Positions 47,861-58,406 of a stretch of DNA of 64,000 nt are shown here, in pieces (within the stretch, counting starts at the first letter, position 1; each line of letters starts with the position of its first letter). The position numbers and the translations under genes are program-made. The DNA lies in NCBI GenBank assembly GCA_049287205.1, contig JBAQFJ010000001.1, forward strand, positions 767,041-831,040, written 5' to 3'. The stretch is from Microgenomates group bacterium. GTDB taxonomy: Bacteria; Patescibacteriota; Microgenomatia; UBA10105; UBA927. The notes under the pieces are model-generated. The model was not told the DNA's origin. It made no database searches and saw only the letters and a list, made by a program, of their open reading frames with translations.

Positions 47861-48868
47861 CTACTTTTCTTCTCCCTCTATTTCTTTGGTTCTCGTAAGT
47901 TTTTGCCCGAGAGAGGCCACACCCATCGATACGGTACTCATACTGTTATATGCGTTTGTGACATGCTTACCGAGTGTTCCAATTTGTTCATCAATTTTTT
48001 CATAGTCTTTTTGCACTGCGCGGAGCAATCGGAATACTTCTTTTGTGCGCGATTCCAAGTCTTTCCCTTGAAAAGATAATAATAATACCTGTAAGTGTGC
48101 ATACAGTGTATTCGGAGAAACACAATATACGCGCGAACGCCGAGCAATATTCATAAGCGAATCATTATTGACGATATCGTAATACACGGATTCCGAAGGG
48201 ATATACATCAATGCAAAATCCATAGTTCCCTCTTCGGGAAGAATATATTTCTTCGCAATATCCGTAATATGTTTTTTTACATCATCAACAAATGCTTTTT
48301 CGGCGTCTTTTCTTATTTTTTCAGTCTCTCCGTTGTGCATGGCGGTAAAATTTTCCATGGGAAATTTTGAATCGATACAAAGTAGCCCCGCTTCCGTTTT
48401 TAACACCGCATCGACTTTCATCCCTGACTTGAAACTGTATTGCAGATGAAATGCATTTTTAGGGAATGTTTGTCCTATCATGTCAGATAACACCTGTTCA
48501 CCAATGTTTCCCCTAAGTTTTGGAGACTGAAGAAATTCCTGCAGACTCCGAATCCCTTTGCCCACTTCTGACATTTCCCCTAAATTCCTTTTTAAATCTC
48601 CAATGACTCGCGTTGCACTATCTAATCGCTCATTCAGTTCTCTGGAATTTGCAGCGAGAAGTCGTGATACATCCCCAGTCTGTCCTCGCATGGATTCATT
48701 GAGTGTTTTATTTGTATGTTCAATGGTTGCCTGCATCGACCGGAGCCACTCTGTAAGCGCTGCATTCTCTGTTGGTTTTTGGAACTTCCCTAGCTCAGTT
48801 TTGAGAATATACACAATGAAGATAATGCCAAGAATGAGGACAATAATAACAATCGGCAGAGTATCCAT
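47861..48868 (-). CDS. rmuC: DNA recombination protein RmuC
   Basis: N-terminal TM, coiled coil and the RmuC C-terminal domain (DFALMYIPSESVYY). Confidence 0.78.
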   Translation of the reverse strand: MDTLPIVIIVLILGIIFIVYILKTELGKFQKPTENAALTEWLRSMQATIEHTNKTLNESMRGQTGDVSRLLAANSRELNERLDSATRVIGDLKRNLGEMSEVGKGIRSLQEFLQSPKLRGNIGEQVLSDMIGQTFPKNAFHLQYSFKSGMKVDAVLKTEAGLLCIDSKFPMENFTAMHNGETEKIRKDAEKAFVDDVKKHITDIAKKYILPEEGTMDFALMYIPSESVYYDIVNNDSLMNIARRSRVYCVSPNTLYAHLQVLLLSFQGKDLESRTKEVFRLLRAVQKDYEKIDEQIGTLGKHVTNAYNSMSTVSMGVASLGQKLTRTKEIEGEEK

Positions 48869-48916
48869 ATTTGTAACGCTATTCTAACATCGCCTCATTC
48901 ACGTTACAATACGAGT

Positions 48917-49255
48917 ATGAACAGATTCCTTACGAGAAAAAGAAATATCAATTTTCTTATTCTCACTGTTGTCCTACTCTCTTTGTTTTCTTGGTTTGTC
49001 ATCTCAATTCCTGCAAGCTCTCTCCTTAACCATATATTTTTTTATAGCATCCTGTTTGGCATAAATTTTTCATTCTTCATGTTCCTATTTGCAAAATATG
49101 AAACAGCAGTAGTGTTTTCCGGAGGGATAGTCCTCTATTTTATACTTCGTTTTCTCCATCTACGACATCCACTCTATGGAATACTTCTCTTTATCTGCTG
49201 CATCGCAATACTTCGACTCACCACAAAGAAGGAACGGGAGACAAAAAACGAGTAG
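48917..49255 (+). CDS. Hypothetical small membrane protein (112 aa)
   Basis: Three or four TM segments. Divergent from rmuC. Confidence 0.4.
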   Translation: MNRFLTRKRNINFLILTVVLLSLFSWFVISIPASSLLNHIFFYSILFGINFSFFMFLFAKYETAVVFSGGIVLYFILRFLHLRHPLYGILLFICCIAILRLTTKKERETKNE

Positions 49256-49531
49256 CTACTTTTTCCGGTATTTTATTATCTGATACACAATGATTCCTGT
49301 TGTAATAATACCAAGTCCCTGCCCTAAGATAACCACCCAATCATTCTGCATGATGCCGTGCAGTGTCCATGATATATACGTAATGAATGACAAAACATAA
49401 AACCACGTAGATAAGCCTTCTGTGGATTTCCGTTTGTAGTTTTTCTTTATCTGGTCAGGAAACCCGACAACTTTAATGAGAATAGTTAACGCGGTTGTCA
49501 AAAAGCCGATAATAACAGCAAGTGTAAGCAT
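49256..49531 (-). CDS. Putative SemiSWEET / PQ-loop sugar transporter (91 aa, 3 TM)
   Basis: IGFLTTALTIL...FPDQI resembles the SemiSWEET first-helix PQ motif region. The length and 3-TM layout fit. Confidence 0.4.
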   Translation of the reverse strand: MLTLAVIIGFLTTALTILIKVVGFPDQIKKNYKRKSTEGLSTWFYVLSFITYISWTLHGIMQNDWVVILGQGLGIITTGIIVYQIIKYRKK

Positions 49532-49592
49532 ACATAAATTATACCACCTAAAAAACGCCTTCTCTTTTTAAAACGAACAAAGGCTGTATAAT

Positions 49593-51026
49593 ATGGCTAT
49601 GGCAAACAAGTTTTATATCACAACAGCAATTCCATACGTTAATGCCGCGCCACATGTCGGACATGCACTGGAATTCGTGCAGGCAGATACCATTGCACGA
49701 ATACACAGGCTTCTTGGTGAAGATACACGGCTTCTATCAGGCGGTGATGAAAACGCGCTCAAAAATGTACAGGCAGCCGAAAAAGCAGGTGTGCCGCTTC
49801 AGGAATTCATTGATAAAAATTCCAAGCTTTTTGAAAATCTCGCAAAAAAATTACATGTGCAGTTTGATATATTTCAAAAAGGAAGCGACAAAAAACAGCA
49901 TTATCCCGCAAGCCAGAAGCTTTGGAAATTATGTGAACACGATATCTATAAAAAATCCTATGAGGGATTATATTGCGTCGGCTGCGAACAGTATTACACG
50001 AAAGACGAACTGAATGAACAAGGTGAATGTTTTGAACATCCAGGGAAAAAACTGGAACTCGTCAAAGAGGAAAATTATTTCTTCAAGCTTTCTTTGTATC
50101 AACAGCAAATTATTGATCTCATTACAACTGATGCAGTAAAAATCGTTCCTGAGACTAAAAAGAATGAAATGTTAGCATTTCTCAAACAACCACTACTTGA
50201 TATCAGCATTTCCAGAAGCAACGAACGTGCAAAAAATTGGGGCGTCCCAGTCCCTGACGATGACACGCAACGCATGTATGTATGGTTTGATGCGTTAAAC
50301 ATCTATCAATCTGGAGTTGGGTTTGGATGGGATGATGCATCATATAAAAAATGGTGGCCGGCGGACGTTCATGTCATCGGCAAAGGAATTACGAGATTCC
50401 ATGCAATTTATTGGCCGGCATTTTTATTATCAGCTGATTTACCGCTTCCAAAAACAATTCTTGTTCACGGATATTTTACAGTTGACGGTCAAAAAATGAG
50501 CAAAACCGTCGGAAACATTGTTGATCCCATAACGCTTATTGAAAAATACGGCGCAGAAAGTTTGCGCTATTATTTTCTGCGGGAACTTCCGACGTTCGCA
50601 GACGGAGATTTTTCAGAACGAAGGTTCAAGGAACTCTATAATTCCGATCTTGCAAATGGACTCGGAAATCTCACATCGAGAGTAGCCAAACTTTCAGGGT
50701 CTATCACCTACGATAAACAGCACGTGTCATACAAGATAGTTTTTACCGGTGAATACAAAAAGGCAATAGATGAATTCAGGTTACATGATGCAGTAAACTT
50801 CATATGGGAAAAAATTAAAATAACTGATAAATTAATCAATGATAAAGAACCGTGGAGACTCACAGAGATTGAACGAACACCCGTAATTAAAGAAGCTGTT
50901 TCACAAATTATTATCATTGCAACAATGCTTGCCCCGTTTCTTCCTGAAACATCGGAAAAAATTCTAAAGCAGTTTCAAGAATCAACAATCACATCCGAGC
51001 CACCAATGTTTCCTCGTATTATATAA
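49593..51026 (+). CDS. metG: Methionyl-tRNA synthetase (minimal form without C-terminal extension)
   Basis: The HIGH-region motif PYVNAAPHVGHA and the KMSKS-type motif KMSKT are present. Confidence 0.9.
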   Translation: MAMANKFYITTAIPYVNAAPHVGHALEFVQADTIARIHRLLGEDTRLLSGGDENALKNVQAAEKAGVPLQEFIDKNSKLFENLAKKLHVQFDIFQKGSDKKQHYPASQKLWKLCEHDIYKKSYEGLYCVGCEQYYTKDELNEQGECFEHPGKKLELVKEENYFFKLSLYQQQIIDLITTDAVKIVPETKKNEMLAFLKQPLLDISISRSNERAKNWGVPVPDDDTQRMYVWFDALNIYQSGVGFGWDDASYKKWWPADVHVIGKGITRFHAIYWPAFLLSADLPLPKTILVHGYFTVDGQKMSKTVGNIVDPITLIEKYGAESLRYYFLRELPTFADGDFSERRFKELYNSDLANGLGNLTSRVAKLSGSITYDKQHVSYKIVFTGEYKKAIDEFRLHDAVNFIWEKIKITDKLINDKEPWRLTEIERTPVIKEAVSQIIIIATMLAPFLPETSEKILKQFQESTITSEPPMFPRII

Positions 51027-51035
51027 TTTTAATCG

Positions 51036-51085
51036 GTATTTATTGGATTATTGGTACTTATTGGTATTTATTGGTATTATTCCTG
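51036..51085. repeat. Intergenic GGTAYTTATT tandem repeat, about 5 units
   Basis: ggtatttatt ggattatt ggtacttatt ggtatttatt ggtattatt lies between metG and tatD. Confidence 0.5.
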
Positions 51086-51086
51086 T

Positions 51087-51854
51087 ATGTATATCGATAC
51101 CCATTGTCACCTGAATTTTTCCAACTTCGATGAAGACCGTGCAATGGTGATAGGAAACGCAAAAAAAGCTGGGGTCAAAAAATTTATCAATCCGGGAGAT
51201 GACATCAAAACATCTGTCAGTGCGGCAGCACTTGCTCTTGAGCATCCAGGAGTTATCTATGCATCTGTCGGAATCCACCCATACAATGCAGGAGAAAAAA
51301 ATGTGGAGCGGGATCTGCTTCGCGTGATGACGAAGGCAACCGTCGCTATTGGAGAATGCGGATTGGATTATCATCCGTATAAAGGCTTTGACGCCGTCGG
51401 AAAAAAAGATGAACAGATGGGGCTATTTGATATGCAGCTTCGCATTGCACTCGAATATGATTTGCCTGTGATCATCCACAGTAGAGATGCGTTTTCTGAC
51501 ATCTTCAATGTACTCGATAGTCTACCCAAATTACCACGCGGAGTATTTCATTGTTTTAGCGGAGGACTTGAGGATATCCGAAATATCACAGATCGCGGGT
51601 TTTATATTGGCTTGGACGGAAACGCAACCTATTCAAAACAATTGGGTTTGGTCATTCCTTCCATACCGCTTGACCGATTACTTCTTGAAACAGATTCCCC
51701 TTACCTTCCACCTGAAGGCCATCGCGGAGAACGTTCTGAACCGAAATATGTTCCACTCATTGCCCACACAGTCGCTCGATTACAAAACGTCGAAGTCAAA
51801 CTGATTGAAGAACAGACAACAAAAAATGCACTCACACTATTTCATCTCGAATAG
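51087..51854 (+). CDS. tatD: TatD-family metal-dependent deoxyribonuclease
   Basis: IDTHCHL, GECGLDY and the later H/D ligands. Start is at the ATG MYIDTH. Confidence 0.85.
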   Translation: MYIDTHCHLNFSNFDEDRAMVIGNAKKAGVKKFINPGDDIKTSVSAAALALEHPGVIYASVGIHPYNAGEKNVERDLLRVMTKATVAIGECGLDYHPYKGFDAVGKKDEQMGLFDMQLRIALEYDLPVIIHSRDAFSDIFNVLDSLPKLPRGVFHCFSGGLEDIRNITDRGFYIGLDGNATYSKQLGLVIPSIPLDRLLLETDSPYLPPEGHRGERSEPKYVPLIAHTVARLQNVEVKLIEEQTTKNALTLFHLE

Positions 51855-51857
51855 AAA

Positions 51858-53303
51858 TTACGGAGACTGCCAAGATGATTCTTTTTTATAGTAAATCGTT
51901 GTCTTCGGAGGTGTCAGTGAATTAAGCGCTCTGGAAATCATAAATCCATACAGTCCGGTTTCCGTTTTCAGCTCCACGTGACCGGATGGACCGCCAACTG
52001 TTAGCATAACAGTAGTGTCTTTATTATTCGGAAATTTATTTTTTGCACCAGTCATTATCCGCTCAAGCATTGTTTCCCCTTTGGTATTTTCATCCGTTAT
52101 TCCATTTACAAACGTTCGGTCTTCCTGCGATATAAATTCCTCAGGTGGAACCGCTCCATCTTGCATACCCAACACCATGATTATTTTTTTATCATGAATC
52201 TCTGACCTCGCTGCACTTGATGTGTCTTTGGGAATCAAGCTTCGGTCATGTACATAATCTGCGTTTTCCACTGGAATATGCGGTCTTGCATCTCCCCACA
52301 TGCCGGTAAAATGCTGCCAAAATCGGGGAAACTTTCGTCCGAGTTTAAATCCTAATTCAAAAATAAAATCTTTAATCCGAAGACTTTTTGCGGGCATATT
52401 TTTATCCAGCTCCTCCCAATATCCTTCTCTTGTCTTTGGCACATGACGAACCACCATTACAGGTTCTTTATCAACTGTTTTTTCCGGATTTTTTAATTTA
52501 TTTTGAAGTGGTTTTACATAATTGTCCATCAGTTCATTCCATGCGCTGTATAAAAATTTACCAACCGGCGATGTCGGCATTTTCTGTTGCTTCTCTTTTG
52601 ATAAATATGTATCCGGTTGTTTTATTCGTTCCCAACTTCGTTTTATCTTTGGCTCAAAAAATCTTCCCATATATTCCGCGCCACCCGTTGTAACACCGGC
52701 ACTCATTTGTGCTTCTGTTCGATTCGTCATGCCGGCTGGAGCTACAAGCACCAGATCCCCGACTAGTTTGGGATTTAATGCTGCAAGTTCCGTGAGCACC
52801 GCGGTCCCTGTTGATAATCCAATTGCCACTTGCCCTTCGGTAATTTGTTTATTCGCAAGTAGCTGTTCTAATGCTTGTGATACCACCTCAGCACTGTTTT
52901 GAAATGAATCATCATTCAATGGGATTCCCTGTTTTTCGTGCCGCACAGTCGGGGCTGAAGATGGATGATCAAGCAGTGTCACCTGTTTTAATGACGGATT
53001 ATTTAAAAATATGTCTTCCGCTTCCCGTAGCCAATCTGCTCCTTCTGTTGCAAATCCGGACATAAGCAGTGCCTGTTCAACTCCGCCGTCAACAGGCGTT
53101 TCACCTGTTTGCAAATGCGGATTGTTTTCTCTTTTAATGATATGCACGGGATAATCCACCATACCGACTTTGTCTGTCTTTATATGAAACAGATGTCGTT
53201 GCATGGTAAATTCACCTTCCGTACCAAACCGTTCCCCCTGCAGTTTTACTGCTTGGGAAATAAGTCCTGATATTGGAGAAAGTTCTGCCATATTTGTCTT
53301 CAT
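51858..53303 (-). CDS. Large hypothetical alpha/beta-hydrolase-like protein (481 aa)
   Basis: GLSTG nucleophile elbow, with Asp and His candidates near the C-terminus. No signal peptide. Confidence 0.5.
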   Translation of the reverse strand: MKTNMAELSPISGLISQAVKLQGERFGTEGEFTMQRHLFHIKTDKVGMVDYPVHIIKRENNPHLQTGETPVDGGVEQALLMSGFATEGADWLREAEDIFLNNPSLKQVTLLDHPSSAPTVRHEKQGIPLNDDSFQNSAEVVSQALEQLLANKQITEGQVAIGLSTGTAVLTELAALNPKLVGDLVLVAPAGMTNRTEAQMSAGVTTGGAEYMGRFFEPKIKRSWERIKQPDTYLSKEKQQKMPTSPVGKFLYSAWNELMDNYVKPLQNKLKNPEKTVDKEPVMVVRHVPKTREGYWEELDKNMPAKSLRIKDFIFELGFKLGRKFPRFWQHFTGMWGDARPHIPVENADYVHDRSLIPKDTSSAARSEIHDKKIIMVLGMQDGAVPPEEFISQEDRTFVNGITDENTKGETMLERIMTGAKNKFPNNKDTTVMLTVGGPSGHVELKTETGLYGFMISRALNSLTPPKTTIYYKKESSWQSP

Positions 53304-53354
53304 TATACCTTCCCACCCTTTCTTTTGTCACTTTTTTGATGGTATGATAAGAAA

Positions 53355-54050
53355 ATGAACATATCCGTTGTCATTCCCGCCTTAAACGAAGAAAAACTGC
53401 TTCCCGATACCCTTGCATCTCTCAATGCGCTTGACAGAAAACCGGATGAAATTCTTGTTATTGACGCATCTTCTACTGATAAAACAGTTGAGGTTGCAAA
53501 AAATGCGGGGGCAACCGTTATCACTGTTCCAAAAGGAACAATCGGATTTTCCAGACAACAGGGAATTGAACACGCGACAGGCGACGTCATTGCTTTTACT
53601 GACGCAGATGCGGTACTTCCCCATGATTGGCTGGATCGCATTGAGCGTGCACTCACCAAACCCGGCGTTGTCGGCTATTTTGGCGGATTTCGTGTATTTG
53701 ATGGTCCTCCGTTCTACAAATTCTATATCAATGCCATACAACCCATCGTCAATCGCATTATGTTTTTTCTCTTCAACATGCCAATGGCCACAGGGCAAAA
53801 TATGGGATTCTATAAAAAAACAGCACTTGCTGTTGGCGGAATCCCAACAAATTACCGTATGGCTGAAGATATTGAAATCGCACGCAGACTGATGACATCC
53901 GGAAAAATTGTTTTTACACAAAGCGAATATGTTACAGCCTCCGGAAGGCGAGGATTTGAAAAAGGACTGTTTTTACGGGTTTTTAAAGTGTTCATCCTGT
54001 ATTTTCTCTTTCACAAAGCGGACACCATCGGCTTCCCTGAAGTTCGTTAA
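53355..54050 (+). CDS. Family 2 glycosyltransferase (GT-A, soluble)
   Basis: ISVVIPALNEE, DASSTD and FTDADA (the DxD motif). Confidence 0.82.
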   Translation: MNISVVIPALNEEKLLPDTLASLNALDRKPDEILVIDASSTDKTVEVAKNAGATVITVPKGTIGFSRQQGIEHATGDVIAFTDADAVLPHDWLDRIERALTKPGVVGYFGGFRVFDGPPFYKFYINAIQPIVNRIMFFLFNMPMATGQNMGFYKKTALAVGGIPTNYRMAEDIEIARRLMTSGKIVFTQSEYVTASGRRGFEKGLFLRVFKVFILYFLFHKADTIGFPEVR

Positions 54051-54087
54051 AAAGGGTGTACCGTGGTACAATACAAAGGTTATTCGT

Positions 54088-55566
54088 ATGCGCCAATTGT
54101 TTCTTCTCTATCCGAATAAAACACAGCGCTTGCTGGAGATCATGATCCCTTTGACTTCTTGGGCATTTATTACCATGCCTCTATGGCTTTCATTCTGGCA
54201 CCCTGCACTCGTTGCCTACCTTATTATCACGTTTGATGTGTATTGGTTTTATAAATCATTTACGCTCGGATATTCAGCAATCAAATCCTATCTTACACTC
54301 CAAGCGCATATTAAAGTGGATTGGATGAAAAAAGCGCAATCTCTCAAAACATTCGCCAAATGTAAGCACATTATTATCATTCCGGAATACAAAGAACCTT
54401 TACATATCCTTAGACGGACACTTGATAATTTATGTCTGCAGGATATAGATAAAAACAAACTCATTGTTGTCCTTGCAACAGAAGCAAAAGATCCTGAATC
54501 TGACGAAATAGCAGCCTTAATGAAAAAAGAATATGGAAAAAAATTCGGTATTTTCCTCGTAACAAAACATTTATTAACACCCGGTGAAGTTATGGGAAAA
54601 TCTTCCAATATGGCATGGGCGGCAAAAGAAGTTGTAAGACAAACAAAAGACATTGTTACGCCAGAATATACAACCATTACCTCGTGTGATGCGGATGCTA
54701 TGATTCACCCGAAATATTTTTCCTATCTTTCCTATAAATTTTTGACTGATGACAAGAATACATTCCATTTTTATCAGGGTGCAATTCTTTTTTATTCAAA
54801 CATATGGCGAATACCGATGCCGAATAAGCTGTTTAACACCATCAACAGTATCTGGAATTTGGCGCAACTTTCCCAACAGTCTAAATTCATCAATTTTTCC
54901 ACCTATTCACTTTCACTTGCCACGATCATTGAGGTGGGATATTGGGATGTCGACGTCATTCCAGAAGACTATCATCTCTTCTTCAAAGTATATTTTACCA
55001 AAGGCCACCAAACACATACGGAAGGAATTTTTCTTCCTATTCTTGTTGATGCAGCTGAAAGCCGCGGATTTTTCAAAACTATCGTCAATCAATATGAACA
55101 ATCCAAACGGTGGGCGTGGGGGGTATCTGATGTTCCGTTCATTATCAGAAATGCAATTCTCCACACAGAAATCCCATTCCTCGACCGTCTCAGGCGGGTG
55201 ACGATGATATTAGAACATCATATTTTTTGGCCAGCGAATTGGTTTTTGCTTACCATCGGCAGCACCATTCCACCACTTGTAAACCCTGCATTTGGAAGAA
55301 CAGTTCTCGGACACAACCTTGCACAAATTTCATCCGGAATACTCACACTCTCAACAATTTTTTTGGTTATCGTTTTTGTTATTGACTGGCGCATCAGACC
55401 GCCAAAACCAAAAGACTATGCAAATTGGAAATTGCCATTTTTATATTTACAATGGTTTACACTCCCCATTATTTCCTTCTTTCTTTCAGCACTCCCCGGA
55501 CTTGACGCACATACGAGACTGATGCTTGGAAAACGGTTAGAATACCGTGTAACAGAAAAGGTATAA
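54088..55566 (+). CDS. Membrane-integrated GT2 glycosyltransferase (processive synthase-like)
   Basis: N-terminal TM helices, a GT-A core with DAD (SCDADAM), C-terminal TM helices and a QxxRW-like region (QSKRWAWG). Start is at the ATG at 54088. Confidence 0.65.
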   Translation: MRQLFLLYPNKTQRLLEIMIPLTSWAFITMPLWLSFWHPALVAYLIITFDVYWFYKSFTLGYSAIKSYLTLQAHIKVDWMKKAQSLKTFAKCKHIIIIPEYKEPLHILRRTLDNLCLQDIDKNKLIVVLATEAKDPESDEIAALMKKEYGKKFGIFLVTKHLLTPGEVMGKSSNMAWAAKEVVRQTKDIVTPEYTTITSCDADAMIHPKYFSYLSYKFLTDDKNTFHFYQGAILFYSNIWRIPMPNKLFNTINSIWNLAQLSQQSKFINFSTYSLSLATIIEVGYWDVDVIPEDYHLFFKVYFTKGHQTHTEGIFLPILVDAAESRGFFKTIVNQYEQSKRWAWGVSDVPFIIRNAILHTEIPFLDRLRRVTMILEHHIFWPANWFLLTIGSTIPPLVNPAFGRTVLGHNLAQISSGILTLSTIFLVIVFVIDWRIRPPKPKDYANWKLPFLYLQWFTLPIISFFLSALPGLDAHTRLMLGKRLEYRVTEKV

Positions 55567-55575
55567 TATACACAC

Positions 55576-56913
55576 ATGTTCACTTTTATTCTTGAGCATT
55601 CACCAATTTTTTACTTCATGCAGAGTTTTTGGAGGGACGAGGCGTTTTCTGCACTTTTTGCAGCCAAGCCGCTCGTATGGATTATCCAAAACTCATCATT
55701 TGATCCGCCGTTATATTACATATTGCTCCACTTCTGGGAACTCCTATTCGGACAAAGTGAAATAGCAGTCCGTTCACTTTCATTGTTCGGATTTATTCTC
55801 TCCACCTATCTTGTCATGCTCATTGCGGAAAAATTGTTTATAAAAAAATGGCATCAATGGTTTGTTACGCTGTTATTTTTCTTCAACCCTATGCTTCTCT
55901 ACTACGCATTTGAAGCACGTGCGTATGGGTGGTATATATTTTTTGCAACTCTCACAATCTACGGATATATAAAAAAGGATTGGAAATTGTTTATCATCGG
56001 GGGCATTCTCGGTTTCTATAACCATCTCTATTCACTGCTTGTCCCGGCAATTTGCACATTACATTACATAACACTCGAAACAAAAAACTTTTTTGATAAA
56101 AAAACCATTCTTAAAAATCCGATCACACGATCAGTATTGATTATCGCCGCCGCTATATTGCCATGGTTTATCCGCTTCTTGTTTGTTGCGGATAAATTTG
56201 CGTACTCTTGGTATTTTGCAGTTGATTTCCATCTCATTCAGTCGGTGCTCGGAAATATGTACACGGGGTATGAAGGAACGCCATGGTATCTATGGAGCGT
56301 AACAAAATGGATATCCGTTGCAGTTCTTTTGCTTTCCACTTTCGCGATGATTCCAAAAACACACCGTAAACATGCAGCTTTATTTCTCGGATTCGTCTAT
56401 ATTCCGCTTATTTCTATCATCGGCATCTCGTTTATCAAACCGCTGTTTGTTAACCGATACGTCATTCCCGTCACCATTGCAGAAATTTTTATTATCGGGT
56501 ATGCGATTACCTCTTTTAAACGCGAGGGTGTGCAACGGATCGCCGCTCTTTGTATTTTTATTATGACCCTGGGTTTTACTTTCTGGTACTCCGATCAACA
56601 CAGCAAAATGGATCTCAAAACCCCGCTCAACGAAATTAATACCTTGGCAAATGAACAGGATCGTATCTTCGCCGATGACCCTCTCATATTTCTTGAAACG
56701 CTGTATTACGCAAAAAATCGTTCACACGTGTATTTTTACAACCCATCAGGAGCCGTGTTTCCATGGTTTATTGGCGACGCTCTGTTAGAGCCAAATCACA
56801 TTGTTACGGAATTCCCCCCCTATCCATCACGAACCTTTGTCGTCCACAGAGACGGAACGTATTCCATTATGTATACACTCCCGCTCACATATAATAAAAA
56901 AAGGGCATTATGA
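55576..56913 (+). CDS. GT-C fold glycosyltransferase (ArnT/PMT-like, GT39/83-type)
   Basis: WRDEAF in the first loop (the DE motif of GT-C) and about 11 TM helices. Confidence 0.65.
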   Translation: MFTFILEHSPIFYFMQSFWRDEAFSALFAAKPLVWIIQNSSFDPPLYYILLHFWELLFGQSEIAVRSLSLFGFILSTYLVMLIAEKLFIKKWHQWFVTLLFFFNPMLLYYAFEARAYGWYIFFATLTIYGYIKKDWKLFIIGGILGFYNHLYSLLVPAICTLHYITLETKNFFDKKTILKNPITRSVLIIAAAILPWFIRFLFVADKFAYSWYFAVDFHLIQSVLGNMYTGYEGTPWYLWSVTKWISVAVLLLSTFAMIPKTHRKHAALFLGFVYIPLISIIGISFIKPLFVNRYVIPVTIAEIFIIGYAITSFKREGVQRIAALCIFIMTLGFTFWYSDQHSKMDLKTPLNEINTLANEQDRIFADDPLIFLETLYYAKNRSHVYFYNPSGAVFPWFIGDALLEPNHIVTEFPPYPSRTFVVHRDGTYSIMYTLPLTYNKKRAL

Positions 56914-57311
56914 TATTTACGGCAGTCAAAACTACTATTACAAATCGTTGGCATGTACTACGTTTAGGTTGGAAAAGTCTTTCTGCAAATAAAATTATTT
57001 CTCTCGCAACTTATTGTGCGGTCGTCTGTTCACTCATAGGCTTTATTAGTATTGTTTTTTCATGGAATACACTTCCCCCATTCGTTCCATTATGGTATTC
57101 AAAGATTTGGGGCGCTGAACGACTGGCGGCGACTCCTTGGCTTTTTCTTCTTCCTTCCTCAACACTTATTATTACTGTAATAAACGCATATATCGCAACA
57201 TTTTTAACGAATGAATACCTTGTGTTTTCACAAATTATGTCTCTTGGATCATTTGTCATCAGTTTATTATCAACAATCACATTAATAAAAATTATTTTTT
57301 TGGTTTTGTAA
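56910..57311 (+). CDS. Hypothetical membrane protein (133 aa)
   Basis: Four TM helices. The start overlaps the upstream stop. Confidence 0.4.
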   Translation: MIFTAVKTTITNRWHVLRLGWKSLSANKIISLATYCAVVCSLIGFISIVFSWNTLPPFVPLWYSKIWGAERLAATPWLFLLPSSTLIITVINAYIATFLTNEYLVFSQIMSLGSFVISLLSTITLIKIIFLVL

Positions 57312-57314
57312 CCT

Positions 57315-58406
57315 ATGTGGCTTGAACATATTCTTATTCCATTTTTTCTTACTGTTGCAATTACCATGGGGGTTACACCGCTTGTCATATGGTTTGCCAA
57401 AAAATACGGACTGGTCGATGATCCAAAAAAACGGTTTCATCCTGCTCATACCCATAAAGGAATCATCCCGCGAGCCGGAGGACTTGCCGTCTATATCGGC
57501 ATTATGGCGGTAGCAATGATTTTTCTTCCCATCAATAAACTCTTTATCGGCGTTGCCCTATCCTGTCTTATTTTTACTGTCGTCGGACTTTTGGATGATA
57601 AAAATGACGTCAGTCCGTACATCCGAATACTCACAAACTCTCTTGCAATCGGTATTGCAATACTCGCGGGTGCAGGTGTTCCGTACATTACTAATCCTTT
57701 TACCGGCGGCCTTTTGCATCTTGATACATGGCGAATCACCATCGATTTTTTTGGAGTCCATTCCCTGCTTGTCTGGTCGGCGCTTACCGCATTTATCTGG
57801 CTTATGTGGACGACCAACATTGTCGGATGGTCAGCGGGCGTAGAAGGACAAATGCCGGGGTTTGTATCCATAAGTGCCGCCATTATTGGCATTCTCTCAC
57901 TTCGATACAGTTTTGCCGATCCGTCGCAGCTTCCCATAACAATACTGGCATTTATTGTTTCCGGTGCATACGCGGGATTTTTACCATGGAATTTTTATCC
58001 TCAAAAAATTATGCCGGGGTACAGCGGAAAAACACTCGCCGGATTTCTTTTGGGACTCCTTGCGATTCTCTCGTACGGAAAACTTGGCACAGCACTTCTT
58101 GTATTAGGTATACCAACTATTGATGCTATCTTCACATTGGTGCGAAGAGTATTAAAAGGAAAATCTCCGGTATGGGCTGACAGAAAACATTTGCATCATG
58201 TACTTATGGACGCGGGATGGGGCAAAAGAAGAATTGCATTGTTTTACTGGGGGGTCTCAGCTATACTTGGAATAATTGCGCTCGTCATTAACAGCCGACA
58301 AAAAATATTTACCTTATTTTTAGTTGCTGTTGCAATTGGAGGATTTTTCTTATGGGTCAACTTCTTTTCGCAATTTTCAAAACCACAAGACCACGACAAT
58401 GGCTAA
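57315..58406 (+). CDS. Polyprenyl-phosphate N-acetylhexosamine-1-phosphate transferase (MraY/WecA/TagO family, GT4-fold PNPT)
   Basis: LLDDKNDV (Mg-binding DDxxD) and the DRKHLHH motif. 363 aa, about 10 TM helices. Confidence 0.82.
   Translation: MWLEHILIPFFLTVAITMGVTPLVIWFAKKYGLVDDPKKRFHPAHTHKGIIPRAGGLAVYIGIMAVAMIFLPINKLFIGVALSCLIFTVVGLLDDKNDVSPYIRILTNSLAIGIAILAGAGVPYITNPFTGGLLHLDTWRITIDFFGVHSLLVWSALTAFIWLMWTTNIVGWSAGVEGQMPGFVSISAAIIGILSLRYSFADPSQLPITILAFIVSGAYAGFLPWNFYPQKIMPGYSGKTLAGFLLGLLAILSYGKLGTALLVLGIPTIDAIFTLVRRVLKGKSPVWADRKHLHHVLMDAGWGKRRIALFYWGVSAILGIIALVINSRQKIFTLFLVAVAIGGFFLWVNFFSQFSKPQDHDNG

Noticed and set aside
53303-53921. Minus-strand ORFs of 118 and 179 aa overlapping the GT2 gene
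   Set aside because: They overlap a well-supported GT2 CDS, with low-complexity or Cys-rich antisense products.
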